64,000 bases of DNA from Candidatus Poribacteria bacterium (lineage in GTDB: Bacteria; Poribacteria; WGA-4E; JAJDTR01). Below the pieces are notes generated by a model. The model had not been told where the DNA came from and ran no database searches. It saw nothing but the letters and a program-made list of their open reading frames with translations. This document shows positions 61,221 through 64,000 of the stretch, piece after piece (the first letter of the stretch is position 1; the number at the start of each line of letters is the position of its first letter). The stretch spans positions 1,221,345 to 1,285,344 of the forward strand of contig CBDBEE010000003.1 of the NCBI GenBank assembly GCA_965204085.1. Direction: 5' to 3'. The translations under genes were made by a program, and so were the position numbers.

Positions 61221-63017
61221 ATGTCCTATGAGGTAATCGCGCAGAAATGGCGTCCCCAGTCCTTTCACCAAGTGATGGGGCAGGAACACGTCATCAAAAC
61301 GCTGCAAAACCAGATTCGCTTGAATCGAATCGGTCATGCCTATCTCTTCTGGGGCCCGAGAGGCACGGGCAAAACGACGGTGGCTCGTCTTTTCGCAAAG
61401 ACCGTCAATTGCGCAAAGCGCGATTCAGACGCCGAAGCCGGCCCCGATAATCCGGTTGAACCTTGCAACGAATGCGAGTTCTGCCTAGACATTACGCAGG
61501 GCAGATCTTTTGATGTCATTGAGCTGGACGCCGCCTCCAACCGGGGGATTGATCCCATCCGCGAGTTGCGCGAAAACACGAAGCTCGCCCCTGCCGCGTG
61601 CTCCTACAAAATCTACATTATTGATGAAGCGCACATGCTCACGCAGGAAGCGTTCAACGCGCTCCTGAAGACGCTTGAAGAGCCGCCGCCCCACGTTATC
61701 TTTATCCTCGCCACCACCGAGCACCACAAGATTCCCAAAACAATCGTATCGCGATGTCAAGACTTCGATTTTCGCTACATGGAGTTGAATCAGATTATCG
61801 GTCGACTCGAGTTAATCTGCGCCGAGGAGGGCATTGAAGTCGATGATCAGGCACTGTCCTTGATTGCGCGTCAGTCGGAAGGCTGTCTGCGGGATGCCGA
61901 GAATGCGCTTGAACGAATAATCTCGGCGGCGGGTAAAACACTTGATACGGAAACGGTAGATCAGATTCTGGGCCTTGGTTCGCAACCCCTAATCAACAAA
62001 CTCGTGGACGCCATATTGCACTGCAATCTGCCGGATTCGGTGCAAGTTCTCGCCAGCTTGACCAATCAGGGCGCAGATCTCACGCAGTGCCTCCACCAAC
62101 TTATCGCCTATTTCAGGAATTTGCGACTTCTCGCGATTAACGCGGATTTGGCAGATCTGATTCAGGGCTCGCAATCCGATGTACAGGGATTGAAGGAGAG
62201 AGCGGCTGATATCTCCGTGGAGCGTCTGTCAAGGATAATCAAGATTTTGATGCGGACAAGCAGCGAAATCAAGCAGTACGGTTACGCCCAGATTCAGCTT
62301 GAATCCAGCCTTGTCGAGATTAACTCCATTCGGGAGGGTATCCAACTCGGCGAAGTTTTGAAAAGGCTGGGAGAAATAGAGAATAGGATCGACCGCCCTC
62401 GAAACGAAGCGAATCCAACGCAGACAGATTTCTCTTCTTCGAACACAGAGGCGTCCACGAAGCCGCAAATTAACTCCTTGCTCGCGGAATCACAGAAGTC
62501 GTTTGCCCAGCCGCAGCCACCCAAAAACGATAGAAATCCGGCTACTCCCAAGGACATACCCTCGGACACCACGGCCGATGTGGATGCCCGACTAGCCGGA
62601 GAAGGTAGTCGAGCTGTAACACGGAGTCCCGTCGAGATTAAGCAGCTTTGGGAGAAGGCGTTGGAAGCGTGGGGAACGGAGCAGAAAGTACTGCACGGAT
62701 TTCTCAAGGACGCCACGCTTTCGGCGAATGAAGAGGGAGTTTTGGAAATAGCCTGCGCGCCTCTCCAAATCGCGATTCTGGAGAAGAACAGGAAAGAGAT
62801 TGTGGGGACTCTCGAATCTTTAATTGGCCACGGAGTTGATGTGAACTTCGTCCCGGCGCGCAAAACCAGCGAGGCGAACAAATCTCAATCAGCGAAGGAT
62901 GGTGGAGAACAAACCCCAACGCCACTCGCCTTGCAACGTGAGGCTGAGCAGGATCCTCAACTCTCGCCTGTGCTTGAGCTTTTTGACGCGAAGATTCTGA
63001 AAATCGATCTGAAGTAA
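61221..63017 (+). CDS. dnaX: DNA polymerase III subunit gamma/tau
   Basis: KWRPQSF, GPRGTGKTT, ELDAAS, IDEAHML, LKTLEEPP, SRCQ. Confidence 0.97.
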   Translation: MSYEVIAQKWRPQSFHQVMGQEHVIKTLQNQIRLNRIGHAYLFWGPRGTGKTTVARLFAKTVNCAKRDSDAEAGPDNPVEPCNECEFCLDITQGRSFDVIELDAASNRGIDPIRELRENTKLAPAACSYKIYIIDEAHMLTQEAFNALLKTLEEPPPHVIFILATTEHHKIPKTIVSRCQDFDFRYMELNQIIGRLELICAEEGIEVDDQALSLIARQSEGCLRDAENALERIISAAGKTLDTETVDQILGLGSQPLINKLVDAILHCNLPDSVQVLASLTNQGADLTQCLHQLIAYFRNLRLLAINADLADLIQGSQSDVQGLKERAADISVERLSRIIKILMRTSSEIKQYGYAQIQLESSLVEINSIREGIQLGEVLKRLGEIENRIDRPRNEANPTQTDFSSSNTEASTKPQINSLLAESQKSFAQPQPPKNDRNPATPKDIPSDTTADVDARLAGEGSRAVTRSPVEIKQLWEKALEAWGTEQKVLHGFLKDATLSANEEGVLEIACAPLQIAILEKNRKEIVGTLESLIGHGVDVNFVPARKTSEANKSQSAKDGGEQTPTPLALQREAEQDPQLSPVLELFDAKILKIDLK

Positions 63018-63040
63018 TACTAACCCAAGTTGTCACCTTT

Positions 63041-63141
63041 GTAGCACGATCTGTTAGATTGTGCTTCTGGTGCGCAACTCGCGCGCAAACTGACAGATCA
63101 AGTGAGTGAACAACGAACGCGATAGAGATCCCTTACGCTAC
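63041..63141. repeat. Intact REP (63041-63064) plus a reversed REP interrupted by the cassette (63096-63132)
   Basis: gcgcaaactgaca | gatcaagtgagtgaacaacgaacgcgatagagatccc | ttacgctac. Confidence 0.8.
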
Positions 63142-63293
63142 GAAATCTCCGCGATTAATGGGTCATTTTCAATAAAAAACGATGGTACATGTCCATAATC
63201 TTGTAAGTAGCAACTTGCGTTAATACTAATCCTATGGAAGGAGACGCGGTGCGCTTTCCGGAATGCATAGGAGGGTGGTTGCCGTGATTTTTT

Positions 63294-63602
63294 ATGAAGA
63301 TTAACAACTTGGTGAAACAGGCGCAGCAGATGCAGAAGCGCATGGTTGAGCTTCAAGAGGAGCTTGCCAATCAAACCGTGGAAGCAACTATTGGCGGGGG
63401 CATGGTAACTGCCGTTGTCAATGGCCAGCAGGAGTTGATATCGTTGAATATTTCTCCCGAAGTCGTAGATCCCGACGACGTAGAGATGCTGGAAGATCTT
63501 ATCGTCGCCGCCGTCAATGAAGCCCGCCAACGAGCGCACGACCTGATGGCACAGGAGATGGACAAACTCACTGGTGGTGTTAAACTCCCCGGACTACCGT
63601 AG
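63294..63602 (+). CDS. ybaB: YbaB/EbfC nucleoid-associated protein
   Basis: KQAQQMQ, GGGMV, EMLEDLI.AAVNEA. Confidence 0.95.
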   Translation: MKINNLVKQAQQMQKRMVELQEELANQTVEATIGGGMVTAVVNGQQELISLNISPEVVDPDDVEMLEDLIVAAVNEARQRAHDLMAQEMDKLTGGVKLPGLP

Positions 63603-63626
63603 CGCCTACGATTCTCGACTACCCAA

Positions 63627-64000
63627 ATGCATTATCATCCCAAGCCACTTGCAGACTTGATAAGTGAGTTGCAGAAGTTGCCGACGGTTGGCCCAAAAAC
63701 GGCACAACGATTGGCATTCTACATGTTAAAAGCACCTTCAGAGGACGCTGCCCGGCTCGCAACCGCTATTTCCGAGGTAAAGACTCATCTTTTCTGCTGC
63801 GGAATTTGCGGCAATATTACCGATTGTGAGCCTTGCCATATTTGCGCCAACCCGGAACGGGATCACCAAGTCATTTGTGTCATTGAGGAGCCCGACGATT
63901 TATTGGCGATAGAGCGAACAAATGGATATAAAGGCGTTTACCATGTGCTGATGGGAGTAATTTCTCCATTAGATGGTATCGGCCCAAAAGACCTCCGGAT
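63627..64000 (+). CDS. recR: Recombination mediator RecR (truncated by window end)
   Basis: LQKLPTVGPKTAQRLAF, C..CGNIT..EPC.IC, YHVLMG.ISPLDGIGP; follows dnaX-ybaB. Confidence 0.95.
   Translation, partial: MHYHPKPLADLISELQKLPTVGPKTAQRLAFYMLKAPSEDAARLATAISEVKTHLFCCGICGNITDCEPCHICANPERDHQVICVIEEPDDLLAIERTNGYKGVYHVLMGVISPLDGIGPKDLR

Noticed and set aside
61221-63017. Programmed frameshift producing the gamma subunit in dnaX
   Set aside because: I did not spot an AAAAAAG slippery site or a long A-run.
98-63132. 37-nt cassette as CRISPR repeats
   Set aside because: Copies are dispersed or directly abutting, with no unique spacers; they are highly variable, and no cas genes are present.
5688-63132. 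Cassette variation as DGR adenine mutagenesis
   Set aside because: Invariant positions include adenines on both strands, the copies are non-coding, and no RT/TR-VR pair is present.
328-63571. Numerous antisense or alternate-frame ORFs in the track (e.g. 11207-12019, 12210-13025, 21786-22625, 1730-2416)
   Set aside because: They shadow well-supported genes and show no recognisable motifs.

Overview
A 64-kb bacterial chromosome segment from a diderm organism (TamB and Omp85 genes present). Gene content and repeat style suggest Candidatus Poribacteria or a similar deep-branching lineage; this is inference only. Housekeeping genes include tsaD, tsaC, menG, infC-rpmI-rplT followed by a Phe T-box and pheST, a selenocysteine-type selD, pyrE, ymdB, xseAB, dxs, tlyA, a tRNA Thr/Tyr/Gly/Ser cluster, a large SRP RNA and dnaX-ybaB-recR. 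Accessory content includes an AT-rich islet (Cre-like tyrosine recombinase, dead IS701, two unknown exported proteins) bracketed by inverted dif/lox-like sites, a divergent qNOR, and an ion/osmotic cluster (CPA2 antiporter, three MscS, CASTOR/POLLUX-like channel, SLC12-like transporter). Intergenic DNA is rich in GTAG-type REP hairpins and MITEs with 8-bp target duplications. The most striking unexplained signal is a non-palindromic ~37-nt cassette (RATCAANNGANNGRATARNGANYGCGATAGARNTCCC) at about 10 loci. It has no TIR or TSD, mostly sits inside broken hairpins or at deletion junctions, is often concatenated as partial restarts, and varies at fixed positions, like a templated filler written into DNA breaks. 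A ~70-90 aa domain is also inserted into three unrelated envelope proteins. All calls were made by eye; no database searches were run.
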